From contig CANPZU010000003.1 of the NCBI GenBank assembly GCA_947588825.1, positions 7,807-71,806 of the forward strand: DNA of 64,000 nucleotides, in the 5' to 3' direction. Both the position numbers and the translations under genes were made by a program. The stretch comes from an uncultured Clostridia bacterium (GTDB lineage: Bacteria; Bacillota; Clostridia; Oscillospirales; CAG-272). The notes under the pieces were generated by a model, which was not told where the DNA came from, did no database searches, and saw only the letters and a list, made by a program, of their open reading frames with translations. Of this stretch, positions 11,142 to 21,932 are shown piece after piece. Position 1 is the first letter of the stretch. Every line of letters starts with the position of its first letter.

Positions 11142-14100
11142 TTAAATATCATCGTCTTCGTTTCCGAATTCTTCATCGTCAAAAAGCGGATCTTCGTTCT
11201 CGTCGTCATATGAATCATCGTCTCCCATGGAATCCGACTCGTCGAAGTTCTCTTCATAGAAATTCTTTGACATATCGTCCGTTTCCACCGTTTCACCCAC
11301 TTCGTCAGCGCTTATCGTATTGCCCACAAGGTCGTCGTCGCCGATGGTGTTGAGGTCTATTTCCGAGCCGTCCTTATCAAGCACACGCACGTCAAGACAG
11401 AGAGATTGAAGTTCCTTGACAAGCACCTTGAAGGATGCGGGAACACCCGGAGTGGGAACGTTTTGTCCCTTTACTATCGCCTCATAGGTCTTGACACGCC
11501 CGATAACGTCGTCAGACTTGACGGTTAATATTTCCTGAAGAGTGTATGCGGCGCCGTACGCCTCAAGAGCCCAAACCTCCATTTCTCCGAAACGCTGTCC
11601 GCCGAACTGAGCTTTACCGCCCAACGGTTGCTGAGTGACGAGCGAATACGGTCCCGTAGAGCGGGCGTGGATCTTATCGTCAACCAAATGGTGAAGTTTA
11701 AGGTAGTACATTATTCCGACCGTTACGGGATTGTCAAATCTCTTTCCGGTCCTGCCGTCGTAAAGCACCGATTTTCCGTCGATGATTTTCAGCTTTCTGT
11801 TTTCTATAAGCTCGGAAAGCTCTTCCTTTGACAAGGAGCTTATATCAAACTCGGGATATTCGTTTTTGCCTGTTTCCTCGTTAAATGTCTCAAGATACAG
11901 TGTCTTTCCTTCAAGCTTGTCAAAAGGCAAAACGTCTCTGTACATTCCCGCCATCTTCATGCATTCGGAAATATCCTTTTCGTCTGCGCCGTCAAAAACG
12001 GGCGTCATGACCTTCCAGCCCAGCTTCTTTGCGGCAATGCCGAGATGCACCTCCAGCACCTGACCGATATTCATTCGGGAAGGCACGCCGAGAGGGTTAA
12101 GGACTATGTCAAGGGGAGTACCGTCGGCAAGGAACGGCATATCCTCGGGAGGAAGTATTCTCGACACGACGCCCTTGTTTCCGTGGCGTCCCGCCATCTT
12201 ATCTCCCACAGATATCTTGCGCTTCTGCGCTATATATATCCTTACCACCTTGTTCACGCCGGGGGCAAGTTCATCGCAGTTTTCTCTTGAAAAGACCTTG
12301 ACGTCAACAACTATACCCGATTCCCCGTGAGGAAGTCTTAAAGACGTGTCGCGCACCTCTCTCGCCTTCTCACCGAAGATGGCGCGAAGCAGCCGCTCCT
12401 CGGCCGTAAGCTCTGTCTCTCCCTTGGGAGTTACCTTACCGACAAGAATATCGCCGGCTCTGACCTCGGTGCCCTTACGGACTATACCCTCGGCGTTAAG
12501 ATCCTTAAGTCCGTCCTCACCGACATTGGGTATTTCTCTTGTTATCTCCTCCGGTCCGAGCTTTGTGTCTCTGGCCTCGTGCGAATATTCCTCAATGTGA
12601 ATAGATGTATAAACGTCGTCCCTTACCAACCGTTCGTTGAGAAGAACGGCGTCCTCGTAGTTGTAACCTTCCCATGTCATAAATCCGATAAGAGGGTTTT
12701 TTCCCAAGGACATTTCACCGTTATCGGTTGCGGGTCCGTCGGCGATTATCGTGCCTTCAACTATATAATCGCCCTCGTTTATAATAGGTCTTTGATTTAT
12801 GCAGGTACCCTGATTGGAACGTTTGAATTTAAGAAGATTGTAAACATCCTTCTTACCGCTGTCCGAGCGTATTACGATACGGTCGCTTGTCACCACTTCC
12901 GCGACGCCCGAGCTTCTCGCCTTAACGCAAACGCCGGAATCCATTGCCGCCTTATATTCCATACCCGTCGCGACTATCGGAGCCTCGTTCACCATAAGCG
13001 GCACCGCCTGCTTTTGCATGTTTGAGCCCATGAGAGCACGCGAATTGTCGTCGTTTTCAAGAAAAGGAATAAAGGAGGTCGCAACCGACACGACCATTTT
13101 GGGGGATACATCCATAAAATCCGCTCTCGAAGCGTCGACTTCGAGTATCTCGGTACGGAAGCGTGCGGCGACTTTTTTATTGACGAACCTGTTGTTTTCG
13201 TCAAGAGGCTCGTTTGCCTGAGCAACGACATAGTTGTCTTCAACATCGGCGGTCATATACACAATCTCGTCTGTGACAACGCCCGTCTTTTTGTCTATTT
13301 TTCTATAGGGAGCCTCAATAAAGCCATATTCGTTTATTTTAGCGTATGTCGAAAGATAAGATATAAGACCGATATTAGGTCCTTCGGGAGTCTCTATGGG
13401 GCACATGCGTCCGTAATGCGTGTAGTGAACGTCACGAACCTCAAAAGAAGCTCTGTCTCTTGAAAGTCCTCCCGGACCGAGCGCGGAAAGACGGCGTTTG
13501 TGTGTCAGCTCGGCAAGAGGGTTGTTCTGATCCATGAACTGCGAGAGCGGAGAGGAACCAAAGAAATCCCTTATCGCCGTGACTATGGGCCTTGTGTTAA
13601 TGAGAGTTTCGGGAGTCAACGAATCGGTGTCCTGAACCGTCATCCTCTCCTTGACTATCTTATCCATTCTGCTGAAACCGATCCTAAGCTGGTTTTGAAG
13701 CAGCTCGCCGACGCTGCGCAGACGCCGGTTGCCGAGATGGTCGATATCGTCTATGCTTCCGCAGTCGTGCGCAAGACAGACAAGATAGTTGATTGAGGCG
13801 AAAATGTCGCCCTTTGTTATGTGCTTGGGGGAAAGTTCAGACGCTCTCTCTTTGCACGCCTTTATTACCGCCGCTTTATCGCTAACGTCCACGGCAGACA
13901 GCACATCGTTCAGTACGGCGAGATCCACCTTTTCCTTGATCCCTGCCTCAGAGAGCGAGTACCCGAGCACCGCCTGAGGATAAACCATACCGTTTGATAT
14001 GACCTTTATCTCCGTTCCGCTTTCAAGGCGCAGGTAAACCTCGTTCACACCGGCATCCTCTATTGCGTTTGCAATCTCCAAGGTGCAGTAGATTCCCTCG

Positions 14101-15038
14101 TCATAAAGCAGCTCTCCGGTAATGGGGCTGATAACGGGGCGCGAAAGAACTCGGTCCTGAATTCTTGCGGCGATACCCATTTTTTTATTGTATTTGTATC
14201 TTCCGACAGAGGCAAGATCATATCTCTTTGGATCAAAAAACGTGTTGTTTACAAGAGTTATAGCGCTTTCGACAAGGGGAGGCTCACCCGGTCTGAGCTT
14301 TCTGTATATCTCCTTGAGCGACTCGTCGGCGGGCGTTGAGTTGTTAAGCTGCGCTTCCCTGTTCATGTTGTCTTTATCGAGGGTCGCAAGAATTATTGGA
14401 TCCTCTCCGAATACCTCGCGCACCTCCTCGTCGCTTCCGAGTCCGAGCGCACGGATAAGTATGGTCACGGGTATCTTCCTGTTTTTGTCGATGTGGACAT
14501 AGAAGACGTCGTTGGCGTCTGTCTCATAATCAAGCCACGCGCCTCTGTAAGGAATGACCTGCGCTGTGAAAAGCTTTTTGCCGGTCTTGTCGACAAGGCT
14601 GTCATAATACATTCCCGGAGAACGCACTATCTGCGAGACTATGACTCTCTCGGCTCCGTTTATAATAAAGGTTCCGTTATCGGTCATAAGCGGGAAATCG
14701 CCCATATATATTTTTCTGTCTATCGCTTCGCCCGTTTCCTTATTATAGAGACGAACGAGCACGCGAAGGGGAGCCGCATAGTTTACATCCCTTTCTTTGC
14801 ATTCCTCCTCGGGATGCTTTGGGGTATCGTCCAATGTGTAATCAAGGAATTCGATAAAATAGTTTCCCGAGTAATCGACGATCGGCGAAACGTCGTGCAG
14901 AACCTCTCGAAGTCCCTCGTCAAGGAACCACTGATAAGATTTCTTTTGGATCTCCAAAAGATCGGGCATGTCAAGGACCTCGTTGATCTTTGAAAAACTC
15001 ATTCTGGTTTTGTTGCCGAGTTTTTGGGGTTTGACCAT
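11142..15038 (-). CDS. rpoB: DNA-directed RNA polymerase subunit beta
   Basis: Conserved blocks seen are [34 protein letters not shown] and [14 protein letters not shown]. The ATG at 15038 (MVKPQKLG) is preceded by GGAGGAAAG. The ORF-track start at 15101 lies upstream of the RBS. Confidence 0.98.
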   Translation of the reverse strand: MVKPQKLGNKTRMSFSKINEVLDMPDLLEIQKKSYQWFLDEGLREVLHDVSPIVDYSGNYFIEFLDYTLDDTPKHPEEECKERDVNYAAPLRVLVRLYNKETGEAIDRKIYMGDFPLMTDNGTFIINGAERVIVSQIVRSPGMYYDSLVDKTGKKLFTAQVIPYRGAWLDYETDANDVFYVHIDKNRKIPVTILIRALGLGSDEEVREVFGEDPIILATLDKDNMNREAQLNNSTPADESLKEIYRKLRPGEPPLVESAITLVNNTFFDPKRYDLASVGRYKYNKKMGIAARIQDRVLSRPVISPITGELLYDEGIYCTLEIANAIEDAGVNEVYLRLESGTEIKVISNGMVYPQAVLGYSLSEAGIKEKVDLAVLNDVLSAVDVSDKAAVIKACKERASELSPKHITKGDIFASINYLVCLAHDCGSIDDIDHLGNRRLRSVGELLQNQLRIGFSRMDKIVKERMTVQDTDSLTPETLINTRPIVTAIRDFFGSSPLSQFMDQNNPLAELTHKRRLSALGPGGLSRDRASFEVRDVHYTHYGRMCPIETPEGPNIGLISYLSTYAKINEYGFIEAPYRKIDKKTGVVTDEIVYMTADVEDNYVVAQANEPLDENNRFVNKKVAARFRTEILEVDASRADFMDVSPKMVVSVATSFIPFLENDDNSRALMGSNMQKQAVPLMVNEAPIVATGMEYKAAMDSGVCVKARSSGVAEVVTSDRIVIRSDSGKKDVYNLLKFKRSNQGTCINQRPIINEGDYIVEGTIIADGPATDNGEMSLGKNPLIGFMTWEGYNYEDAVLLNERLVRDDVYTSIHIEEYSHEARDTKLGPEEITREIPNVGEDGLKDLNAEGIVRKGTEVRAGDILVGKVTPKGETELTAEERLLRAIFGEKAREVRDTSLRLPHGESGIVVDVKVFSRENCDELAPGVNKVVRIYIAQKRKISVGDKMAGRHGNKGVVSRILPPEDMPFLADGTPLDIVLNPLGVPSRMNIGQVLEVHLGIAAKKLGWKVMTPVFDGADEKDISECMKMAGMYRDVLPFDKLEGKTLYLETFNEETGKNEYPEFDISSLSKEELSELIENRKLKIIDGKSVLYDGRTGKRFDNPVTVGIMYYLKLHHLVDDKIHARSTGPYSLVTQQPLGGKAQFGGQRFGEMEVWALEAYGAAYTLQEILTVKSDDVIGRVKTYEAIVKGQNVPTPGVPASFKVLVKELQSLCLDVRVLDKDGSEIDLNTIGDDDLVGNTISADEVGETVETDDMSKNFYEENFDESDSMGDDDSYDDENEDPLFDDEEFGNEDDDI

Positions 15039-15098
15039 AACTTTCCTCCACTTTCTAAAATAAATAGACCATACCAAAACTATAGGCTTGAGTGCATT

Positions 15099-15129
15099 CA
15101 CAAATAATTTACAATTTGTAAATATTGTG
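15099..15129. repeat. 31-nt imperfect palindrome inside the rpoB 5' leader
   Basis: The sequence is CACAAATAATTTACAA-T-TTGTAAATATTGTG. The core TTTACAA/TTGTAAA (15108-15122) is perfect, and the flanks match apart from a 2-nt indel. Confidence 0.8.
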
Positions 15130-15282
15130 CCCGGAAGGCTGTTACCCCAGCGGCAAGCTGGTTACCGCCGCTTAAAATAACAGAAAAACACGACAATCCT
15201 TACAGTCAAGGTATGACCTGAACGCTATTTGACAGTTAAATTGACACCAAAGGACAATCTAACCAATTATACGGTGATTAAT

Positions 15283-15311
15283 AATATATCACACTCTTTT
15301 GAATTTGTCAA
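15283..15311 (-). promoter_or_regulatory. Candidate sigma-A promoter for rpoBC
   Basis: The minus strand reads TTGACA (15311-15306), a 17-nt spacer, then TGaTATATT (-10 at 15288-15283). This would give a leader of about 240 nt. Confidence 0.4.
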
Positions 15312-15351
15312 TAGCGCATTTCACTTTTTTAAAAAAAATTATGAAAAGCAC

Positions 15352-15380
15352 TTGCAATTTGGTGAATATTATGATATGAT
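15352..15380 (+). promoter_or_regulatory. Candidate sigma-A promoter for rpsT
   Basis: TTGCAA (15352-15357), a 17-nt spacer, then TGaTATGAT (-10 at 15375-15380). Confidence 0.5.
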
Positions 15381-15424
15381 AACTCAGTAACAATGTGTGA
15401 TCTATGGTATAGGAGGTGAATAAT

Positions 15425-15691
15425 TTGCCGAACATCAAATCAGCCAAGAAGAGAGTAAAAATCACAGAGGCCAAAACTCTTCAGAACAAAATGTTCAAAT
15501 CTTCTTTTAAGACTGCTATAAAGAAATACACCGCGGCTGTTGAGGCGGGCGATAAGGAGCTTGCCGCTTCCCTTTACAAGGACGCTGTCAAGATAGTTGA
15601 CAAGGCTGCTTCAAAGGGTATAATACATGCCAACACGGCTGCAAGAAAGAAGAGCCGTTTCACTCTCATGCTCAATAAAATGGGCGCTTAA
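15425..15691 (+). CDS. rpsT: 30S ribosomal protein S20
   Basis: The N-terminus (L/M)[11 protein letters not shown] is the canonical S20 start. The TTG at 15425 lies 8 nt after AGGAGG (15411-15416). The protein is basic and alpha-helical, about 88 aa. Confidence 0.93.
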   Translation: MPNIKSAKKRVKITEAKTLQNKMFKSSFKTAIKKYTAAVEAGDKELAASLYKDAVKIVDKAASKGIIHANTAARKKSRFTLMLNKMGA

Positions 15692-15730
15692 GGCGCATAC
15701 ATCGGTTGCAAAAAGAATAATAAAGCAAAT

Positions 15731-15765
15731 AGGACGTCTGTTTCGGCGTCCTTTTTGCTTTTTTG
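15731..15765 (+). terminator. Intrinsic terminator after rpsT
   Basis: The stem AGGACGTC / GGCGTCCT is followed by TTTTGCTTTTTT. Confidence 0.7.
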
Positions 15766-15795
15766 GGCCGCTGCAAAGATAATGTCGATCATATT

Positions 15796-16617
15796 TTAAG
15801 AGAGCTCGCTTATCTTAAAGAAACGTTTTGCGTTCTCGCATGTAATCGACACAACCTCCTCCACGGGAATATTCTTTATCTCGGCGATCTTTTGGGCGGT
15901 GTATATAAGATATCCCGAGTGATTTACCTTTCCTCTCATCGGAACCGGCGCCATATACGGACAGTCGGTCTCAAGCATTATATACTCAATCGGTACGCTT
16001 TTGACGACCTCGCAAACCCGCGAGGCATTTTTAAAGGTGACCACACCGGTAAAGGATATCATGTAGTTGTTTGAAATAAGCGCCTTTGCCATTTCCGCGC
16101 TTCCGCTGTAACTGTGAAAAACGCCTCTTGAACCTTTGTGCCTGCGTACGCATTCAAAGCAGTCTCCGTGCGCTTCCCTGCTGTGAACCACGACCGGCAA
16201 AGACAGCCTCTCCGACAGCTCCAGTTGTCTTTCAAACCATAGTATTTGAACGGCCTTCAAAGGATTTTGCTTCCAGTAATAGTCAAGCCCTATTTCGCCT
16301 ATTGCGACGACCTTGTTTTTTTGCAAAAGCTTATAAAGGCTCTCCATGCCCGACTCAACATCACTGTCTTTTGGAATGTTTTCGGGGTGAAAGCCGCAGG
16401 CGGCGTAAAATCCCTTTATTTTGCTTGCAAGATCAATCTGCGCGGCGCTGCTTGAAATGTCGACTCCGACGCCGATTATTCCGCATATATCATTGTCCTT
16501 CATGATTGCGCGGATATAATCCGCTCTGTCCTTTTTGTCGCCCGCAGCCTCATCAAACTTAATATCGTCATAATGGGTATGCGTGTCAAATAGTTTCACA
16601 TTCATAATATTTTTCAC
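15796..16617 (-). CDS. tatD: TatD family metal-dependent hydrolase/DNase
   Basis: It has the FDTHTH metal motif at the N-terminus and internal HSR and FHSYSG motifs. The 273-aa length is typical of YabD/TatD. Confidence 0.88.
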   Translation of the reverse strand: MKNIMNVKLFDTHTHYDDIKFDEAAGDKKDRADYIRAIMKDNDICGIIGVGVDISSSAAQIDLASKIKGFYAACGFHPENIPKDSDVESGMESLYKLLQKNKVVAIGEIGLDYYWKQNPLKAVQILWFERQLELSERLSLPVVVHSREAHGDCFECVRRHKGSRGVFHSYSGSAEMAKALISNNYMISFTGVVTFKNASRVCEVVKSVPIEYIMLETDCPYMAPVPMRGKVNHSGYLIYTAQKIAEIKNIPVEEVVSITCENAKRFFKISELS

Positions 16618-17549
16618 CGTTCGCCGTTCATTTTTCTAAGCTTGTCTAAAATTTGCACAAAGTATTCGGGCAGCGGACTTTCAAAATACATTTCTTCTCC
16701 CGTAGACGGGTGTACAAACCCAATGCTCTTTGCGTGAAGGCACTGACCTTGTACAAGGTCCATGTTCTGTTTTTCAAATTTAGTGGAAACAGACCCGTAC
16801 ACATCGTCGCACAGCAGAGGATGACCGATATAGGCCATATGTACTCTTATCTGATGTGTTCTTCCCGTCTCAAGAGCGCAGCTAATATGGGCAAAGCCTT
16901 CAAAATTTTCAATAAGAGTCCAGTTTGTGACAGCAAACCTTCCGCCCTGAGAAAGGACCGCCATTTTATTTCGGATAACCGGGTGTCTGCCTATATTCTT
17001 TTCTATTCTTCCCCGATCTTGCTTCATTCTTCCCACGCAGACCGCCTCGTAACGGCGAGCGAAGGTGTGCTCGCTTATCTGTTTTGCGAGCTTTATGTGG
17101 GACTTGTCGTTCTTGGCGACAACGAGCAGTCCGCCGGTGTTCTTATCGATTCTGTGAACGATTCCCGGCCTCATAACTCCGTTTATACCTGAAAGACTTT
17201 CTTTACAGTGATAGAGCAACGCGTTGACAAGGGTATGGCTTTCGTTTCCCGGCGCGGGATGAACAACCATTCCCTTTTTCTTGTTCACGACAAGCAGGTC
17301 GGAATCTTCATATATTATATCAAGCGGAATATTCTCCGCCTCGACATTCAAAGAAGCGGGCTCGGGAATTATCACCTGAACGCTCTGCCCGTTCTTTGCT
17401 ATAAAGCTTTTTGAAACTGTTTCGCCTTGCACTTTTACCATGCCGTCGCGTATGAGCTTTTGAATGGCGGAGCGCGACATATCACAGCGCTCCGCCACTA
17501 AATTGTCTATTCTCTTCCCGATATCATCGGCTTCGGTTATAAATATCAT
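16614..17549 (-). CDS. rluD: 23S rRNA pseudouridine synthase, RluD subfamily (RluA family)
   Basis: An N-terminal S4 RNA-binding domain is followed by the catalytic HRIDKNTGGLLVVAK motif. It follows lspA, as in Bacillus. Confidence 0.9.
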   Translation of the reverse strand: MIFITEADDIGKRIDNLVAERCDMSRSAIQKLIRDGMVKVQGETVSKSFIAKNGQSVQVIIPEPASLNVEAENIPLDIIYEDSDLLVVNKKKGMVVHPAPGNESHTLVNALLYHCKESLSGINGVMRPGIVHRIDKNTGGLLVVAKNDKSHIKLAKQISEHTFARRYEAVCVGRMKQDRGRIEKNIGRHPVIRNKMAVLSQGGRFAVTNWTLIENFEGFAHISCALETGRTHQIRVHMAYIGHPLLCDDVYGSVSTKFEKQNMDLVQGQCLHAKSIGFVHPSTGEEMYFESPLPEYFVQILDKLRKMNGER

Positions 17550-18095
17550 TTACTCTTTCGACTCTTCTTTATTCGAGTTTTTTTGTCTTATGTTTTTTAT
17601 TTCATCTTTTATAATCGATATCGCAAGAAGCGCCACTCCGATACAAACAAAGGAATCGGCGGCATTGAAAATCCAGCTCCATAATCCGGGAAACGCGCAA
17701 AAATCGATAAAATCCACAACCACACCGTTAAAAAGAGTTTCGCCGTTAAATATCCTGTCGATCATGTTGCCGACGCCTCCGCCGACAACCATCCCAAAGG
17801 AAACAAAAGTAAGCTTGTTAAGACTTGCGGAGAAAAACGCCACATACACGCATATGGCTAAAATACCGATTGTTGAAAGAATCATAAAAACCCAACGCGC
17901 CCCGGACAGCATTCCGAAGGCGGAACCGCTGTTGGTTATGTAGGTGATTCTAAAAACGCCCTTTATAACGTCTATCGAATCGCCTATATCCATATTGCTT
18001 ACAACAAGCAGTTTTGTCACCTGGTCAACAAGCGTTACGGCAAGGGCGACCGCAAAACAGAGAATAATATTTATAATCCGAGTATTTTTCTGCAT
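17550..18095 (-). CDS. lspA: Lipoprotein signal peptidase (signal peptidase II)
   Basis: A four-TM protein with NSGSAFG and FNAADSF (catalytic Asp) motifs. The annotated start overlaps the ileS stop by 25 nt, so the true start could be slightly downstream. Confidence 0.88.
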   Translation of the reverse strand: MQKNTRIINIILCFAVALAVTLVDQVTKLLVVSNMDIGDSIDVIKGVFRITYITNSGSAFGMLSGARWVFMILSTIGILAICVYVAFFSASLNKLTFVSFGMVVGGGVGNMIDRIFNGETLFNGVVVDFIDFCAFPGLWSWIFNAADSFVCIGVALLAISIIKDEIKNIRQKNSNKEESKE

Positions 18096-20875
18096 CTTTC
18101 ACATATAAAGCCGTCCTCGTCCTCCGTTCCGTTTACAGAGTACGACCAGCACCTTTCGCATCTCTTTCCGTCGGCAGTCTCAACAAGCACCGCTATGTCG
18201 GAGCCTTCTTCGGTATAAGCGCCCGCGGCGCGATCGCCGCATGAGATTAAGACGCCCGAGACTATAAACAGTGTACACAGCTCGTCCTTGTATTTTTCAA
18301 GCATGTGCGCCTTTTCCGAATCGGTGTAAATTGTAATTTTGGCGTCAAGCGATTTTCCGATAAGCTTTTCCGCCCTGGCAAGCTCAAGAGCCTTCATGAC
18401 GTCGTCGCGCAGAGAAAACAGCATATCGTACTTTTTCTCTGTCTCGAGGAAGGAATATTCCTCTTTGTACTCGGGAAGAGCGTTAAGAAAGACGCTCAGT
18501 CTGTCCTCCTTTGAAGTATGCGGACATGAATTCCATATTTCATCACAGGTGTAGGAAAGAATCGGAGCCATTATTCTTGTCATTTGGGACAGAACGATAT
18601 AAAGAGCAGTTTGAGCGCTCCTTCTCTCAAAGGACTCCTTACCCTCCACATAGACTCTGTCCTTTATTATGTCAATGTAGAGCTTTGACATGTCTGTGGT
18701 GCAGAAATTGTTGAGCGCCTGACATATGTCATGAAATTCGTACTCGTCGTACGCCTTTCTTGCAAGAGCAACAAGAGCGTTAATTCTCGAAATCGCCCAC
18801 TTGTCGATATCAAGAAGCTTGTCGATATCCACCATGTGTATATCGGGGTCAAAGTCGCCGAGATTGCCGAGTATGACCCTTGCCGTGTTTCTGAACTTGC
18901 GGTAGCTTTCCGAAAGCTGTGAGAATATCACATCAGAACACCGCACATCCACATGATAATCCGCAGAGGCCACCCAAAGTCTGATAATATCCGCGCCATA
19001 CTTTTTTATAACGTCCTCGGGATAGATCGAGTTGCCCTTCGATTTGTGCATCGCCTCGCCCTTGCCGTCGACGACCCAGCCATGAGTCAGCACCTGCTTA
19101 TAGGGCGCTCCTTCGTTTTTTGAGCCAACCGCGCACAAAAGCGACGACTGGAACCAGCCGCGATACTGATCGGCGCCTTCAAGGTAAAGGTCCGCGGGCC
19201 ACTTCATGCCGTTATTGCCTTCAAGAACCGAAAAATGCGAGGAACCCGAATCAAACCAGCCGTCAAGTGTGTTGGTATCCTTGACAAAATTCGTCCCGCC
19301 GCAGTTCGGGCAGACAAACCCATCTGGCAGAAGCTCTTTCGGCGATTTTATGAACCACGCGTTGGAGCCCTCCTTTGCAAAAACAGAGGATATTCTGTCA
19401 ATAATCTCGGGGGTGCAGATAGCCCTCTCCTTTTTCTCGTCACAGTCGGCGCAGTAAAAAGCGGTGATGGGAAGACCCCAGTTTCTTTGGCGGGAAATAC
19501 ACCAATCAGCTCTGTCGCGTATCATCTGCGTCATGCGCTCCTCGCCCCACGCGGGTATCCATTCAACGTCATTGCAAGCTTTTATCGCGTCGTCCCGGAA
19601 TTTTTCTACCGAACAAAACCACTGAGGCGTTGCGCGAAAGATTATGGGATTGTTGCATCTCCAGCAGTGCGGATACTGGTGAACGATGTTTTCAGAGGCG
19701 AAAAGCGCTCCGCTTTCCTTCAAATCGGCGAGAATCGCCTCGTTTGACTTGTCGTATTTGAGCCCGGAAAACTTTCCGGCGTCCTCTGTTTGGTATCCGT
19801 AATCATTTACGGGAACGACGACATCTATATTGTATTTGCGGCTTGTAACATAGTCGTCAGCTCCAAAACCGCCCGCCGTGTGCACGCAGCCGGTACCGCT
19901 GTCCATTGTAACATAGTCCGCATTGGCAATAAGCGACATTCTGTCAAGAAAGGGGTGGTATGCGCTCATGTATTCAAGCTCTTTTCCGCAAAGCTCGGCA
20001 AGCACCTTATAATCGTTTATACCTCCGGCCTCCATAGTCTTGCTTAAAAGCGCGGAGGCAACAATATAATATTCGCCGTTCTTCGCGTCGACCACCGAGT
20101 AATTTTCATTGGGATTTACGGCGATCGCCTGGTTTCCGGGAAGCGTCCACGTGGTGGTCGTCCATATAATAAAGTATGTTTTGGTTATATCGCATATGGA
20201 GCTGAGTTTTCCCTTGTCGTCGCCGACGAGGAATTTAACGTATATGGAAGTGCAGGGATCCTCAGAATATTCGATCTCGGCCTCGGCAAGAGCGGTAACG
20301 CATGTGGGACACCAGTAAACAGGCTTCATACCCTTGTATATATATCCCTTGTTGAACATATCGCCAAAGACCTTTATTTCCCTTGCCTCAAAAGAGGGGG
20401 ACATCGTGGTATAGGGATGCTCCCAATCGGCAAGGACGCCCAGTCTTTTAAAGGAATCCATTTGAATTCGAACATACTTTTCTGCAAAAGCCCGGCAAGC
20501 GTTTCTGAATTCGGGAATGGTCATTTTATTTCTGTCAAGCTTGTTTTGCTTTATTATCGCAGACTCGATGGGCATTCCGTGGTTGTCCCATCCCGGAACA
20601 TACGGAACCTTGTATCCCTGCATCATTTTGCTTTTGTTTATGATATCCTTGAGCACCTTGTTCATCGCGGTTCCCATGTGGATGTTTCCGTTTGAGAAGG
20701 GTGGGCCGTCGTGCAGAACAAAAGAGGGACCGTTTTCGTTTTTCTTATTAATAAGATTGTACAGGTCTATTCTTTTCCAGTTTTTTAAAATCTCGGGTTC
20801 CCTTTGAGGCAGATTTGCTCTCATCGGAAAATCTGTTTTAGGCAAATTAAGTGACGATGTATAGTCCTTTGACAT
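18071..20875 (-). CDS. ileS: Isoleucine--tRNA ligase
   Basis: This 934-aa class I aaRS has a HIGH-type motif (PFSNGNIHMGTA) and a KMSKS-type motif (MHKSKGN). A C-terminal zinc-binding CERCW...CERC is also present. Confidence 0.95.
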   Translation of the reverse strand: MSKDYTSSLNLPKTDFPMRANLPQREPEILKNWKRIDLYNLINKKNENGPSFVLHDGPPFSNGNIHMGTAMNKVLKDIINKSKMMQGYKVPYVPGWDNHGMPIESAIIKQNKLDRNKMTIPEFRNACRAFAEKYVRIQMDSFKRLGVLADWEHPYTTMSPSFEAREIKVFGDMFNKGYIYKGMKPVYWCPTCVTALAEAEIEYSEDPCTSIYVKFLVGDDKGKLSSICDITKTYFIIWTTTTWTLPGNQAIAVNPNENYSVVDAKNGEYYIVASALLSKTMEAGGINDYKVLAELCGKELEYMSAYHPFLDRMSLIANADYVTMDSGTGCVHTAGGFGADDYVTSRKYNIDVVVPVNDYGYQTEDAGKFSGLKYDKSNEAILADLKESGALFASENIVHQYPHCWRCNNPIIFRATPQWFCSVEKFRDDAIKACNDVEWIPAWGEERMTQMIRDRADWCISRQRNWGLPITAFYCADCDEKKERAICTPEIIDRISSVFAKEGSNAWFIKSPKELLPDGFVCPNCGGTNFVKDTNTLDGWFDSGSSHFSVLEGNNGMKWPADLYLEGADQYRGWFQSSLLCAVGSKNEGAPYKQVLTHGWVVDGKGEAMHKSKGNSIYPEDVIKKYGADIIRLWVASADYHVDVRCSDVIFSQLSESYRKFRNTARVILGNLGDFDPDIHMVDIDKLLDIDKWAISRINALVALARKAYDEYEFHDICQALNNFCTTDMSKLYIDIIKDRVYVEGKESFERRSAQTALYIVLSQMTRIMAPILSYTCDEIWNSCPHTSKEDRLSVFLNALPEYKEEYSFLETEKKYDMLFSLRDDVMKALELARAEKLIGKSLDAKITIYTDSEKAHMLEKYKDELCTLFIVSGVLISCGDRAAGAYTEEGSDIAVLVETADGKRCERCWSYSVNGTEDEDGFICERCRKILGL

Positions 20876-20952
20876 ATTCTATCTCCGTTTCTTACCCCGC
20901 CGCGCGGAGTCGTATATTTATATTTAACTGACGAGCGTATTCGTTATGCGGA

Positions 20953-21768
20953 TTACTCGGATGGTGAGTTCTCATTAACATTAATATCAAACTGCTTGGT
21001 ATCTCCCGAAAGATCCTCGGCGCTGCGGCTTTTTGCCGCTTTGAATTCGGCGGTATCTGAAAAGAGATCCTCATTTGTTTCTTCTTCGGGCACATACAGC
21101 CTTATATCCTCTTCCTCGCTCTCTTTCTTTTGACGGTCGACGTCAAAGCCCGCATTGTCTGCGACAAGAGTTTCAAGAGTCTCGTCGTCGATACCGTTTT
21201 CCGTAACGAACAGCTCGTCCTTTGCCGCCTCGGTCTCGGAACGCTCGACGTCAAATACTATTTGAGCGACGACTTTGCCCGCGTACTCGCTTGTGGGAAG
21301 GTTCCACTCGGTTCCCGTATCTTTGTCGGGCGAAATCTGCTCGAGATATTCGATGTGCTGTTGATACTGTGAAAAAATACGGTATTTGAACTCTTCGACC
21401 TGCGCCTTCAGGGTCGCAAGAGTGGTCCTTTCATAATTTATCTGCTCCTTGAAGCTTGCGATAATCTTGTCGCAATTTTCCTTGGAGCTCTTTAATATGG
21501 TTTCGGAACGCCTTGTCGCATCCCTTATTATTTTCGCTTTTGTATTCTGCGCCTCAACCAGCGCCCTGCGTATTGCATCCTCATTGTTTTTAAATACTTC
21601 AAGCTCCGCGCTCGTCTGAGCGTACTTCTTTTCAAGCTCGTTATATGCGACGTACAGCTCGTAGTATTTGTTGACAATAAATTCTATATGCTCGTCCACA
21701 TCCGCGGTGTTGTATCCTTTGACCGCTTTTTTGAACTGCTTTCCCTCAAGCTCGGAAGGAGGAATCAT
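20953..21768 (-). CDS. divIVA: DivIVA domain cell-division/polarity protein
   Basis: The N-terminal FKKAVKGYNTADVDEHI lipid-binding DivIVA motif is followed by a long coiled coil and an acidic tail. Its position between ylmH and ileS matches Bacillus. Confidence 0.85.
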   Translation of the reverse strand: MIPPSELEGKQFKKAVKGYNTADVDEHIEFIVNKYYELYVAYNELEKKYAQTSAELEVFKNNEDAIRRALVEAQNTKAKIIRDATRRSETILKSSKENCDKIIASFKEQINYERTTLATLKAQVEEFKYRIFSQYQQHIEYLEQISPDKDTGTEWNLPTSEYAGKVVAQIVFDVERSETEAAKDELFVTENGIDDETLETLVADNAGFDVDRQKKESEEEDIRLYVPEEETNEDLFSDTAEFKAAKSRSAEDLSGDTKQFDINVNENSPSE

Positions 21769-21932
21769 TGTAATATCCGCTGTCTTTGCGTTCTTTATGC
21801 AAAGGCTTCCTTTCTATTGGAATTTGAACCGCCCCGAAATCATATGCGCCAGCGCCAATCCTGACTGTACTGCCCGCGCTTTGCCTCAAAGCAAAAAGGC
21901 GCGTGAAAACAAATTCCGCCGTTTTTGCAAAA

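Noticed and set aside
9751-11145. A 464-aa plus-strand ORF, with several other 60-250-aa ORFs, lying antisense within rpoC and rpoB.
   Set aside because: It is entirely embedded opposite a gene with unmistakable RpoC/RpoB motifs. It has no RBS and its composition is low-complexity and Arg/Ser/Leu-rich, typical of antisense frames.
11142-11345. A highly acidic ~65-aa C-terminal tail on RpoB (DDDLVGNT...[10 protein letters not shown]) and a shorter acidic tail on RpoC.
   Set aside because: As far as I recall, B. subtilis RpoB also ends in an acidic, poorly conserved tail. This looks like a common Firmicutes feature rather than a novelty.
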